Assembly (NCBI GenBank): GCA_036375135.1
Contig: DASUSL010000021.1
Location: 1-63,522 of the forward strand
Direction of reading: 5' to 3'
Length of the DNA: 63,522 nucleotides
DNA from: Thermoanaerobaculia bacterium
GTDB taxonomy: Bacteria > Acidobacteriota > Thermoanaerobaculia > Gp7-AA8
Shown: piece after piece, positions 7,729 through 21,222 of the stretch
Layout of the letters: the number at the start of each line of letters is the position of its first letter
How positions within the stretch are numbered: the stretch's first letter is position 1
Position numbers and translations under genes: made by a program
The notes under the pieces: generated by a model
Seen by the model: only the letters and a program-made list of their open reading frames with translations
What the model was told of the DNA's origin: nothing
The model's database searches: none

Positions 7729-9017
7729 TCGAGTTCGCTCCAATCGATGGTGGTGGGGACGTTCGACTTCGCGAAGAGCGAAGCGAGCATTTCCTGCGGA
7801 GTGTAGACGCGGACGTCGCCGAGCTCACTGGCGCGGCGATTCTTCATCGTGAACAGCGTGCGCTGCGTGACGTATTCGAAGTTCGCGGAGTAGTCGTCGT
7901 CTTTTTTCTGCTCGAACATCGACTTGAGGGTTTCGAGCTGGCGGGAGAGCGGGTCGTCGTGGAGGACAGGCAATCCTGCCTGTCCCGCACGCTGGACAGG
8001 CAGGATTGCCTGTCCTCCTCCACGTTTGCGGGGCGGCTCCAGTCCCACCATCGCGCGCAGGTCGAGCTCCGCGTTCTTCGCTTTCTTCTTCTTCTCGTCC
8101 TTCAGCAGCAATGCGGGAACGCGGTTGCAGTTCGCGCGGTGGATGGCGTCGCTGCGCGTGATCCAGCCGAGGTTCGTCACGCCGCAGCGCGACGACACGT
8201 TGTGCGTGAGGTTGTCGAGGAACGGCTTCACCGCGGTGTTGAACGAATCCTCGACGCCGTTGAAGAGATTCAGCACGTAATGCACGCGGAACTCGTCGAT
8301 GGTCGTCTGCACGGTGCGCGTGATCGGGTGGTCGCCGAGGTTCTGGGCGAGGTCCTCGGCGAACGCGTCGAGGTTCTGCACCGACGAGTCGTACACGTCC
8401 TCCACCTGGTCGATCAGCTCGTTGATCAGCTTGAACGAGAACGTGCTGTCGGGGACGGTGTCGAAGAACGGCGAGTCCTTGCGGAAGATGAGGCGCAGCT
8501 TGCGGAAGAGGATGGCCTTGACGATGTCCGACGCCGCGAGCGTCGCGCTCGGCAGGTGCGGCGTGAAGACGAGGATGCCGGAGTTCGAGAAGGGGAGGAA
8601 GTCGATCACGTTCGCGTCGAGCCCGGCGCGCATGTCGAGGATCACGTAGTCGGCGGGCAGACCGTTGATGGCCTCGATGAGCTTCGCCTTGTGCGACGCG
8701 CCGAAGTTCGTGATCTCGTCGATGAGGTGCAGCGGCCCCGCCACGAAACCGAAGTCGGGAAAGCGTCCCTCGGGATCGAGCCTGGCGTCGAGCGGCGTGA
8801 CGCATTCGGACAGCGCCGCGTCCTTGCGGAAGAAGTGATAGAGGTCCTTCCCGACGGGCACATCGATGGCGTTGCGGATGGCCGACGTGCCGGTGTCGAG
8901 GTCGACGAGCACGGTGCGCCCGTGGCGCGAGAGCGCCAGTGCGAAGTTGATGGCGAACGTGGTTTTGCCGACGCCGCCCTTGCCCGACGAGACGGGGATG
9001 ATCCGTTTGACCGGCAC
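7725..9017 (-). CDS. ParA/MinD-family P-loop ATPase with long C-terminal extension
   Basis: Deviant Walker A SSGKGGVGKTTFAINFA and DLD switch motif. The C-terminal ~150 aa are unassigned and contain an in-frame copy of the family A palindromic repeat (7961-8019). Confidence 0.75.
   Translation of the reverse strand: MPVKRIIPVSSGKGGVGKTTFAINFALALSRHGRTVLVDLDTGTSAIRNAIDVPVGKDLYHFFRKDAALSECVTPLDARLDPEGRFPDFGFVAGPLHLIDEITNFGASHKAKLIEAINGLPADYVILDMRAGLDANVIDFLPFSNSGILVFTPHLPSATLAASDIVKAILFRKLRLIFRKDSPFFDTVPDSTFSFKLINELIDQVEDVYDSSVQNLDAFAEDLAQNLGDHPITRTVQTTIDEFRVHYVLNLFNGVEDSFNTAVKPFLDNLTHNVSSRCGVTNLGWITRSDAIHRANCNRVPALLLKDEKKKKAKNAELDLRAMVGLEPPRKRGGGQAILPVQRAGQAGLPVLHDDPLSRQLETLKSMFEQKKDDDYSANFEYVTQRTLFTMKNRRASELGDVRVYTPQEMLASLFAKSNVPTTIDWSELE
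7961..8019. repeat. family A palindromic repeat, double-hairpin copy, inside the ParA-like CDS
   Basis: GGAGGACAGGCAATCCTGCCTGTCC-8nt-GGACAGGCAGGATTGCCTGTCCTCC. Each arm is itself a 9-bp hairpin. Confidence 0.9.
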
Positions 9018-9048
9018 CGGTGCGGAGTCTAACCGGTTATCGGCTTTC

Positions 9049-9138
9049 GGTTTATCCCGCGCGGAGACGCGGGTGCCCGGGTGCCGGCCATGCGCGACGG
9101 TTGCACCGGAGATCCCGCGTCTCCGCGCGGGATAAACT
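9049..9138. repeat. family B nested inverted repeat
   Basis: GGTTTATCCCGCGCGGAGACGCGGG / CCCGCGTCTCCGCGCGGGATAAACT, about 24-bp arms, in the divergent ParA-like/Crp intergenic region. Confidence 0.85.
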
Positions 9139-9168
9139 CACAGACCGGTTACAATCCCGTCCGTTCCC

Positions 9169-9852
9169 ATGCTGCCGGCCTTTTTCCGGAAGTTCCCTCT
9201 CTTTGCCGATCTCGACGACCGGGAGCTGGCGGCCATCGCTGCCGTGGCGAAAAGCCGCCGCTATGCGAAGGACGACGTCATCTTTTACGCCGACGAGAGC
9301 GGCGACATCTTCTGCCTCATCCGCGACGGACAGGTGAAGGTGACGATGATCTCGCCCGAAGGGAAGGAGATCATCCTCAAGCTCCTCGGCCCGGGCGACT
9401 TCTTCGGCGAGATGGCGCTGCTCGACGACGAGCCGCGCTCGGCCACGGTCGTGGCCACCGAGCCGCTGGAGATCGTCACCATCTGGCGCAACGACTTCCT
9501 GCAGATCCTGCAGGAGAACTTCACCCTCACGCGCAAGCTGCTGGCCGAGCTGTCGCGGCGGCTGCGCAGCGCGTCGAGCCGCATCGAGTCGCTGGCGACG
9601 ATGGACGTCTACGGACGCCTGGCCCGCTTCTTCCTCGACCTCGCCCGCGACCAGGGCAAAGTGCTGGACAACGGCTACGTCGCGGTGACGCGTCCGACGC
9701 ACCAGGCCATGGCGAACATGATCGGCACCTCGCGCGAGACCGTGTCGCGCCTCATCCACGACCTCATGCGTCAGAACCTCCTCATCTCGGAGGGGAAGAC
9801 GATTTATCTCAAGAAGACGGCTCTCGAGCAGTTCCGCGAAGAAGCGTCGTGA
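9169..9852 (+). CDS. Crp/Fnr family transcriptional regulator
   Basis: Cyclic-nucleotide-binding domain (FFGEMALLDDEPRSATV) plus C-terminal HTH (MANMIGTSRETVSRLIHDL). Confidence 0.85.
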   Translation: MLPAFFRKFPLFADLDDRELAAIAAVAKSRRYAKDDVIFYADESGDIFCLIRDGQVKVTMISPEGKEIILKLLGPGDFFGEMALLDDEPRSATVVATEPLEIVTIWRNDFLQILQENFTLTRKLLAELSRRLRSASSRIESLATMDVYGRLARFFLDLARDQGKVLDNGYVAVTRPTHQAMANMIGTSRETVSRLIHDLMRQNLLISEGKTIYLKKTALEQFREEAS

Positions 9853-9855
9853 GCA

Positions 9856-9929
9856 AACTTTATCCCGAGCAAAGCGAGGGATCTCGGTCTCGCGAGGGCG
9901 GAGATCCCTCGCTGCGCTCGGGATGAACT
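9856..9929. repeat. family B nested inverted repeat
   Basis: AACTTTATCCCGAGC / GCTCGGGATGAACT with the same inner arms GCGAGGGATCTC / GAGATCCCTCGC as the copy at 4264. Confidence 0.85.
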
Positions 9930-9934
9930 GAACC

Positions 9935-10504
9935 GTGAGACACATCCCCAACCTGCTGACCATCGCGCGGCTGCTGCTGGTGCCGTGGTTCCTCTGGACG
10001 TCGATGCGGGGGATGTACGTGACGGCGTTCACGATCTTCGTCTCCGCGGCGGTGACGGACATCCTCGACGGGTGGCTGGCGCGGCGGCTCAACGTCCGCT
10101 CGCGCCTCGGCGCGCTGCTCGATCCGGCGGCAGACAAGACGCTGATGGTGTGCGGCTTCCTCTACTACACCTTCGCGGCGAAGCTGCCGGTGATCGAGCT
10201 GCCGGGCTGGCTCACGTTCACGGTCTTCATCCGCGACTTCCTCATCGCCGCGTTCGCGTACCTCATGTACACGCGCGTGCACATCACCCGCTTCCCGCCG
10301 ACGGTGTGGGGAAAGATCTCGACGGTGCTGCAGGCGGTGACGCTGGCCGCGGTGATCGCCACGAACGCGTTCGCGCCGGTGCTGCGGCCGTTCACGGAAC
10401 TGCTCTTCCGCGCGTCGCTGCTGATGACGCTCTTCTCCGGCTGGGGATACATGCGCCGCGCGGCGCTGATGCTGCGCGACGACGCGATGCCGGCCTCCGC
10501 CTGA
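9935..10504 (+). CDS. pgsA: CDP-alcohol phosphatidyltransferase (PgsA-like)
   Basis: Family motif DILDGWLARRLNVRSRLGALLDPAADK (D-G-x2-A-R-x8-G-x3-D-x3-D), multiple TM segments, GTG start. Confidence 0.75.
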   Translation: MRHIPNLLTIARLLLVPWFLWTSMRGMYVTAFTIFVSAAVTDILDGWLARRLNVRSRLGALLDPAADKTLMVCGFLYYTFAAKLPVIELPGWLTFTVFIRDFLIAAFAYLMYTRVHITRFPPTVWGKISTVLQAVTLAAVIATNAFAPVLRPFTELLFRASLLMTLFSGWGYMRRAALMLRDDAMPASA

Positions 10505-10512
10505 CCTGATCG

Positions 10513-11106
10513 ATGGCGAGCTGGGTCATGCGGATGATGAGTGGCGGCGGCTATGCCGCCCTCGTGCTGCTCACGTTCATCGAGAACGTCTTTCCTCCCA
10601 TCCCGTCGGAGCTGATCCTGCCGCTGGCGGGCTACATGGTGCGCAGGGAAGAACTGCAGTTCCTCGGCGTGGTGCTGGCGGGGACGCTCGGCTCCGTGCT
10701 CGGCGCGATTCCGATGTACGTCGCCGGATGGAAGCTCGGGCTCGACCGCATCGCGCGCTCCGCGGAGCGGCACGAGCGCTGGACCACCATCTCCGCGCAG
10801 GACGTCGCCCGCGCCGAGAAGTGGTTCGCGCGGCATGGCGCCAAGGCGGTGATCGTCTGCCGGCTCGTGCCGGGCGTGCGCTCGCTCATCTCCATTCCGG
10901 CGGGTGTGCGGAGGATGTCGATGGTCACGTTTCTCGCGTGCACGGCGGCCGGCTCGCTGGTCTGGTGCGCGATCCTCGCCGGCGCGGGCTACGCGCTCGG
11001 GACGGGCTACAAGACCATCGACCGCTGGCTCGATCCGGTGTCGTGGGTGGTCGCCGGCGGATTCGCGTTCTGGTACGTGGTGCGCGTCGTCCGCGGGCGG
11101 CCTTGA
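10513..11106 (+). CDS. DedA family inner-membrane protein
   Basis: FIENVFPPIPSELILPLAGY and RLVPGVRSLISIPAG motifs, typical of the DedA/SNARE-associated family. Confidence 0.8.
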   Translation: MASWVMRMMSGGGYAALVLLTFIENVFPPIPSELILPLAGYMVRREELQFLGVVLAGTLGSVLGAIPMYVAGWKLGLDRIARSAERHERWTTISAQDVARAEKWFARHGAKAVIVCRLVPGVRSLISIPAGVRRMSMVTFLACTAAGSLVWCAILAGAGYALGTGYKTIDRWLDPVSWVVAGGFAFWYVVRVVRGRP

Positions 11107-11161
11107 CAAGCCTTTCAAAGGGAAATACCGTGCGCCTCCGTTTGTTGTACGGAGCCCCTGA

Positions 11162-11237
11162 GCCTCCATAGCTCAATTGGTAGAGCAGCGGACTCTTAAT
11201 CCGTTGGTTCTAGGTTCGAGTCCTAGTGGGGGCACCA
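11162..11237 (+). tRNA. tRNA-Lys (anticodon CTT)
   Basis: Hand-folded cloverleaf: acceptor GCCTCCA/TGGGGGC, D arm GCTC-AATTGGTA-GAGC, anticodon stem GCGGA/TCCGT with loop CTCTTAA, T arm CTAGG-TTCGAGT-CCTAG, encoded CCA. Confidence 0.9.
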
Positions 11238-11252
11238 AACCGAATAGAATCG

Positions 11253-11274
11253 AGGGCGGGCTTCAGCCCGCCCT
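11253..11274. repeat. family D GC-hairpin between the two tRNA genes
   Basis: AGGGCGGGC-TTCA-GCCCGCCCT, followed a few nt later by GTGTTTTT. Confidence 0.8.
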
Positions 11275-11284
11275 ACGTGTTTTT

Positions 11285-11370
11285 GCGAAAGTGGCGGAAT
11301 TGGCAGACGCGCTGGACTTAGGATCCAGTGGCCCAAAGCCGTGTGGGTTCGAGTCCCACCTTTCGCACCA
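11285..11370 (+). tRNA. tRNA-Leu (anticodon TAG)
   Basis: Acceptor GCGAAAG/CTTTCGC, anticodon stem CTGGA/TCCAG with loop CTTAGGA, long variable arm, T loop GGTTCGAGTCC, encoded CCA. 86 nt. Confidence 0.9.
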
Positions 11371-11388
11371 ACCTTCACACGAGAGACC

Positions 11389-12663
11389 ATGACAGTACTG
11401 AACTTCGAAGACCTCTCTCCCGTCCAGAAAACCGTCGAAGTGGAGATCCCCGCGGCGGTGCTCACGCGCGAGGCGGACCGCGTCACGAACGAGTTCGGGC
11501 GCCACGCCAAAGTCCCCGGCTTCCGTCCCGGAAAGATCCCGTCGAGCGTGGTCCGCACGCGCTTCGCCAAAGAGATTCAGGAAGAGGTCGTGACCCGCGT
11601 CCTCGGCGCAAGCTTCCGCGAGGCGGTGCACGGCAAGGGTCTCGAGCCGGTCGGCGAGCCGCAGCTCGAGCACATCGATCCGTTCATCGAAGGAGCGCCG
11701 ATGAAGTTCAAGGCGCGCTTCGAGGTGAAGCCGCAGATCGAGCTCGGCGAGTATCGCGGGCTGGAGATCGAGGAGCCGCAGATCGAGGTCTCGGAGACCG
11801 ACGTCGACGCGATGATCGAGCGGCTGCGCGATCAGGCCAGCAGCTACCGCGTCGAGACCGAGCGCGGCCTCGAGGACGGCGACTTCGCCGTGATCGAGAT
11901 CGTCTCCACCAGCGACGAGATCGAGCCGAAGACCGACGCCGGCCACTTCAAGATGGGCGAGGAGACGCCGCTGCCGGAACTGCACGACGCGCTGCGCGGC
12001 AAGCGAGCCGGCGACGTGGCGTCGTTCGACAAGACCTACGGCGAGGACGCGAACCAGGAAGCGTGGCGCGGCAAGACCATCCACCACGACGTCACGCTGA
12101 AAGAGATCCGCGTGCAGGAGAAGCCGGACGTGAACGACGAGTTCGCGCAGGCGGTGGGCGGCTGGGAGTCGATCGCGCAGATGCGCGAGACGATCGAGGC
12201 CGACATCCGCAAGCACCGCACGGCCGAGGCGCAGCGCTTCAAGCGCAACCAGATCGGCGAGAAGCTGCTGGCCGCGCACACGTTCGACGTGCCGGAGACG
12301 CTGGTCGAGGACGAGCTCGGGAAGTCGCTCAACAACTACGCGCGCTACCTCGCGTCGCAGGGCGTGAACCTGGAGACGGCGGAGATGGACTGGCGCCGCA
12401 TCGGCGAGGAGTTCCGCCCCGAGGCCATCAAGCGCGTGAAGCGCAGCCTGATCCTCGAGGCCATCGCGAAGAAGGAAGCGATCGAAGTCAGCGACGTCGA
12501 GGTCGACGCCGAGATCCGGCAGGCCGCGCGCGAGCAGGACCGCGACTTCGCCGACGTCAAGCATCACCTCAAGCACGAGGGCGGCTACGAGGCGCTGCGC
12601 GCCTCGCTGGCGCAGGACCGCGCGCTGGAGCTGGTGCTGCGCGAGGCGCGGGCGCGCGGCTGA
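11389..12663 (+). CDS. tig: trigger factor
   Basis: [21 protein letters not shown]..., GFRPGKIP ribosome-binding signature, FKBP-type middle domain. Lies upstream of clpP-clpX. The track ORF start at 11341 lies inside tRNA-Leu, so the ATG at 11389 is used. Confidence 0.9.
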   Translation: MTVLNFEDLSPVQKTVEVEIPAAVLTREADRVTNEFGRHAKVPGFRPGKIPSSVVRTRFAKEIQEEVVTRVLGASFREAVHGKGLEPVGEPQLEHIDPFIEGAPMKFKARFEVKPQIELGEYRGLEIEEPQIEVSETDVDAMIERLRDQASSYRVETERGLEDGDFAVIEIVSTSDEIEPKTDAGHFKMGEETPLPELHDALRGKRAGDVASFDKTYGEDANQEAWRGKTIHHDVTLKEIRVQEKPDVNDEFAQAVGGWESIAQMRETIEADIRKHRTAEAQRFKRNQIGEKLLAAHTFDVPETLVEDELGKSLNNYARYLASQGVNLETAEMDWRRIGEEFRPEAIKRVKRSLILEAIAKKEAIEVSDVEVDAEIRQAAREQDRDFADVKHHLKHEGGYEALRASLAQDRALELVLREARARG

Positions 12664-12676
12664 CGCCGGGCGTCGT

Positions 12677-12744
12677 GGCTGGTTGTTCGTTGCTGGTTGC
12701 CGGTGGTGTTACGAAAAGCCGCGAGCAACCAGCAACACAGCAAC
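12677..12744. repeat. family C heptad-built hairpin
   Basis: Left arm GCTGGTT GTTCGTT GCTGGTT GC. Right arm GCAACCA GCAACAC AGCAAC. Lies between tig and clpP. Confidence 0.75.
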
Positions 12745-12781
12745 AGAGAGCGCGCATAGAATGCCGCTCGAAGGAGACTCA

Positions 12782-13369
12782 ATGGTGTTGATTCCAATGG
12801 TGGTCGAGCAGACGTCGCGGGGCGAGCGCGCCTACGACATTTACTCCCGTCTGCTCAAAGACAACGTGATTTTTCTCGGCCAGGCGATCGATGACACCAT
12901 CGCCAACCTCGTCATCGCGCAGATGCTTTTCCTCGAGGCGGAAAACCCGGAGAAGGACATCTCGCTCTACATCAACTCGCCGGGCGGCTCCATCACCTCG
13001 GGCTTCGCCATCTACGACACGATGAAGTACGTGAAGCCCGACATCGCCACGATCTGCATCGGCCAGTGCGCGTCGTTCGCGGCCGTGCTGCTCGCGGCCG
13101 GTACGAAGGGGAAGCGCTACGCGCTCCCGAACGCCCGCGTGCTCATCCATCAGCCGTGGCTGCAGGGCCTCGGTGGCCAGGCTTCCGACATCGACATCCA
13201 CGCGAAGGACATCCTCCGCATGCGCCATCGCCTCAACGAGATCCTCGCGGATCACACCGGCCAGTCGCTCGAGAGGATCGAGCGCGACACCGACCGCGAC
13301 TACATCCTCGAGGCCAAGGCTGCACAGGAGTATGGGCTGGTGGATCAGGTGATTTCAAAGCGTGATTAG
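12782..13369 (+). CDS. clpP: ATP-dependent Clp protease proteolytic subunit
   Basis: [21 protein letters not shown], catalytic Ser in [10 protein letters not shown], His in RVLIHQP. AAGGAG Shine-Dalgarno sequence just upstream of the ATG at 12782. Confidence 0.95.
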   Translation: MVLIPMVVEQTSRGERAYDIYSRLLKDNVIFLGQAIDDTIANLVIAQMLFLEAENPEKDISLYINSPGGSITSGFAIYDTMKYVKPDIATICIGQCASFAAVLLAAGTKGKRYALPNARVLIHQPWLQGLGGQASDIDIHAKDILRMRHRLNEILADHTGQSLERIERDTDRDYILEAKAAQEYGLVDQVISKRD

Positions 13370-13474
13370 CGCTTTGACATCATCACGGGCGCAGCGAGGG
13401 ACCTGGCCGGGGCAAGCGCGCTGGAATGTGACCGAATAGACCTCAGTTGACTTGGACGGCGCTCAGGAGCAATC

Positions 13475-14758
<1,284 letters not shown>

Positions 14759-14783
14759 CCGCGCGCCGAGCGCGGCAAACGAA

Positions 14784-14809
14784 GGGCGGGCTTTGCAGCC
14801 CGCCCTTTT
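14784..14809. terminator. bidirectional intrinsic terminator (family D hairpin) between clpX and the peroxidase gene
   Basis: GGGCGGGCT-TTGC-AGCCCGCCC followed by TTTT on the plus strand, with a T-rich run on the minus strand as well. Confidence 0.8.
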
Positions 14810-14819
14810 CATTTGCACG

Positions 14820-16214
14820 TCAGAGCGTCTTCAGGAACGCCACCAGATCCTGCTTCTCCGACGCGGTGAGCTTCACGCCCGTGACCAGGTTGAAGAACTC
14901 CACCGTGTCTTCCAGCGTGAGCAGCCGCCCGTCGTGGAGATACGGCGGCGAGTCCTTGATGCCGCGCAGCGGGAACGTCTTGATCGGACCCTCCGGCGCG
15001 GTGAGCCGGCCGTTCACGTCCTGCGCGGTGTAGAAGCGGTGCACCTGCAGGTTGTGCATGTTGAGGTCCGTGTAGTTCGGCGCGGGATGGCAGGAGCCGC
15101 AGTTCGCCTTGCCGAAGAAGATCGTCTGTCCGCGCATCTCCGCCGCGGTGGCTTTGGCCGGATCGAGCTTGCCGTCGATCCCGAGCTTCGGCGCCGGGGG
15201 GAAGTCCATCAGCGCCTGCACCTCGGCCATGAAATGCACCTGGCTGCCGCGGTCGAGGATGTTGAGCCCCTTCTTGCTGGCGATGACGTGATCGCCGTCG
15301 AAGTACGCGGCCCGCTGCTCGAATTCGGTGAAGTCCTCGACCGTCTTCAGCGCGCGCTGCGAGCCGAAGAGCCGCTGCACGTTCACGCCGCGCAGGCTGG
15401 GCGTGTCGATGCGCCGCCGCAGCTCCTGCGGACGGATGTCGCCCACGAGATGCGTGGCCGCGTTCGTGTGGCCGTTGGCGTGGCAGTCGAAGCACGTCAC
15501 GCCCTCGCTCGCCTTCTCGCTGCGGCGGTCGTCGGTGGCGTTGAACTGCTGCTGAGGGAACGGCGTCACCAGTAGGCGCAGCCCCTCGATGTCTTTCGGA
15601 TTGAGGATGCCGTTGGTCAGCTCGAAGAAGTTGTCGACCGTGATGAGCTGCCCGCGGGAGATGTCGCCGAGGTCGGGACGGGTGGTGAGAAAGACCGCCG
15701 GCGGGAACTCGGCCAGGAAGTGCTCGGGGATGTCGAAGTCGAGATCGAAACGGGTCAGGTCGCGCCGCGTCTGCTTCTTCACCTCGTCGATGTGCGACTG
15801 CGGAAAGACCATCCCCCCTTCCTTCTGGTTCGGATGGGGAAGGGGAAGGAACCCTTTCGGGAAATGATTGCCGCTCCTGATCTGGTCCGGCGTCATCGAG
15901 GCCAGCCGCTCCCAGGTCATGCCGGACGGCAGCTTCACGCGCACGCCGTCCTGCAGCGGCTTGCCGCGGAACATCGTGGCGCCCGGAGCGGGGCGGTCGG
16001 CGAGATCGTAGCGCTCGGCCAGCAGCGCGCGCTGGCGCGCCATGACGGCTGCTTTCTCTCCTTTCATGCGGGCCATGACCGCGGCGAACGGCTCCGTCGT
16101 CACCACCGGCGAGTAGCTGGTTTTTCTCTCCGGCGACTTCTCCTGCGCCATGACCAGTGCCGCTCCGGCGCAGAGCGAAACGGCGATCAGGATCACCAGG
16201 GCACGTTTGGACAT
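14820..16214 (-). CDS. di-haem cytochrome c peroxidase family protein, exported
   Basis: Signal peptide [24 protein letters not shown] and two CxxCH haem motifs ([17 protein letters not shown]) spaced as in the CCP/MauG family. Confidence 0.7.
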   Translation of the reverse strand: MSKRALVILIAVSLCAGAALVMAQEKSPERKTSYSPVVTTEPFAAVMARMKGEKAAVMARQRALLAERYDLADRPAPGATMFRGKPLQDGVRVKLPSGMTWERLASMTPDQIRSGNHFPKGFLPLPHPNQKEGGMVFPQSHIDEVKKQTRRDLTRFDLDFDIPEHFLAEFPPAVFLTTRPDLGDISRGQLITVDNFFELTNGILNPKDIEGLRLLVTPFPQQQFNATDDRRSEKASEGVTCFDCHANGHTNAATHLVGDIRPQELRRRIDTPSLRGVNVQRLFGSQRALKTVEDFTEFEQRAAYFDGDHVIASKKGLNILDRGSQVHFMAEVQALMDFPPAPKLGIDGKLDPAKATAAEMRGQTIFFGKANCGSCHPAPNYTDLNMHNLQVHRFYTAQDVNGRLTAPEGPIKTFPLRGIKDSPPYLHDGRLLTLEDTVEFFNLVTGVKLTASEKQDLVAFLKTL

Positions 16215-16318
16215 TGCAGGTTTCCTCCTTCGCCGGAGAGGCGTGCACTGTCCGTTCCCGCTGGTTGCCCGGCGTCGGGAAGTTTTTCCATCCCAATCGG
16301 CGTATAACAGTCTCGAAC

Positions 16319-18724
<2,406 letters not shown>

Positions 18725-18729
18725 ATTCA

Positions 18730-18793
18730 GTGGAGGACAGGCAATCCTGCCTGACCAGCGGTGCGAGGACAGGCAGGATTGCCTGTCCTCCAC
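18730..18793. repeat. family A palindromic repeat, double-hairpin copy
   Basis: GTGGAGGACAGGCAATCCTGCCTGA...GAGGACAGGCAGGATTGCCTGTCCTCCAC, immediately after the lon stop. Confidence 0.9.
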
Positions 18794-18798
18794 CACGT

Positions 18799-18827
18799 TT
18801 GACACGCTCCTCGAATATCCGCACAAT
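18799..18827 (+). promoter_or_regulatory. candidate sigma70-type promoter upstream of engB
   Basis: TTGACA (18799-18804), 17-nt spacer, CACAAT (18822-18827). Sequence match only. Confidence 0.3.
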
Positions 18828-18870
18828 CTCCGCCGTTCTTCCTTACACCACGTAGTTCTCACATCAGGGC

Positions 18871-18886
18871 ATCCGCATATGCGGAT
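18871..18886. promoter_or_regulatory. perfect 16-bp palindrome (candidate operator) in the engB leader
   Basis: ATCCGCATATGCGGAT lies between the candidate promoter and the engB start. Confidence 0.3.
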
Positions 18887-18921
18887 CGCCGCAGTTCCAG
18901 CAAAATCAGCTTCAACCTGTT

Positions 18922-19506
18922 TTGGACATCCGGTCAGTATCGTTTTCTCGGGCGGCGTACCAGCCTGGCGATTTTCCGCGTGACCGCAGACCGCAATTTG
19001 CGATGGTCGGCCGGTCGAACGTCGGAAAGTCGTCGCTGATCAATGCCGTATTGAACCGAAAAGGGATTGCCCGCGTCTCTCAGACGCCGGGAAAGACGCA
19101 GGCTATCCAGTTCTACCTGATCAATGAAAAGTTCTATCTCGTCGACCTTCCCGGCTACGGCTACGCGAAGGTGCCGAAGAGTGTCGTCAGCACCTGGGGT
19201 GAGCTCATGCGCAGCTACCTCGAGCACGCCGAGGACCTCAAAGTGATCTTTCTCCTGCTCGACATCCGCCGCACTCCGGGCGACCACGATCTCGACATGC
19301 ACCACTGGGCGCGCTCGCTCCCCGGCATCGTCGAAAAGATCGTGTTGACGAAGAGCGACAAATTGTCGAACAACCAGATCGCGCAGCAGCGCCGCGCGAT
19401 TGCAGCGCTGCTCGAGGTGGATGATGAGGACCTCATCACCACATCGGTCGAAAACAAGAAAGGGATCGACCAGATCCGGCGCGAGATGATCGCGCGACTA
19501 ACGTAG
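18922..19506 (+). CDS. engB: ribosome-biogenesis GTPase YihA/YsxC (EngB)
   Basis: G1 motif GRSNVGKSSLIN, G2 TPGKTQ, G3 DLPGYG, G4 TKSDK. The TTG start has no clear Shine-Dalgarno sequence, so the start is uncertain. Confidence 0.85.
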   Translation: MDIRSVSFSRAAYQPGDFPRDRRPQFAMVGRSNVGKSSLINAVLNRKGIARVSQTPGKTQAIQFYLINEKFYLVDLPGYGYAKVPKSVVSTWGELMRSYLEHAEDLKVIFLLLDIRRTPGDHDLDMHHWARSLPGIVEKIVLTKSDKLSNNQIAQQRRAIAALLEVDDEDLITTSVENKKGIDQIRREMIARLT

Positions 19507-19547
19507 GACGGGCTTCAGCCCGTCCGGGGCGGGCTGAAGCCCGTCCC
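19506..19547. repeat. family D double GC-hairpin between engB and rho
   Basis: GGACGGGC-TTCA-GCCCGTCC immediately followed by GGGGCGGGC-TGAA-GCCCGTCCC. No T tract. Confidence 0.8.
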
Positions 19548-19560
19548 ACATGAGGAAACC

Positions 19561-21099
<1,539 letters not shown>

Positions 21100-21106
21100 C
21101 GGGACT

Positions 21107-21137
21107 GGTGGAGGACAGGCAATCCTGCCTGTCCTCC
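21107..21137. repeat. family A palindromic repeat, single-hairpin copy
   Basis: GGAGGACAGGCA-ATCC-TGCCTGTCCTCC, a perfect 12-bp stem, 8 nt after the rho stop with no T tract. Confidence 0.9.
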
Positions 21138-21222
21138 GCTCCCGTATCACCCCGAACACGTTGTCGTGACCGAACCGTGAACCGCGCCGCCGCCGCGGAC
21201 CGCGCGCCATAGAATCGCGCGC

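Noticed and set aside
9020-9337. Short ORFs lying in or across repeat elements, e.g. 9020-9337, 9081-9926, 54921-55103 and 45106-45489
   Set aside because: Their reading frames derive from palindromic family B repeats and translate similarly on both strands. They overlap better-supported genes.
11162-11370. The tRNA-Lys/tRNA-Leu pair as an integration site of a genomic island
   Set aside because: No integrase, direct repeat of a tRNA 3' end or foreign-looking genes flank them. They are followed directly by the conserved tig-clpP-clpX cluster.
11263-12576. 437-aa minus-strand ORF and 487-aa plus-strand alternative frame over tig
   Set aside because: Trigger factor in the chosen frame has family motifs. 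These alternatives also run through the tRNA genes.
14820-16214. The opposite-strand peroxidase gene interrupting clpX-lon as a sign of horizontal insertion
   Set aside because: Composition looks like the surrounding DNA, a normal bidirectional terminator separates it from clpX, and no mobility genes are present. Ordinary gene-order variation is the simpler explanation.
16215-16318. Heat-shock (sigma32-type) promoter or CIRCE element upstream of lon
   Set aside because: I found only a weak TATAAC hexamer (16303-16308) with no convincing -35 box, and no CIRCE-like inverted repeat.
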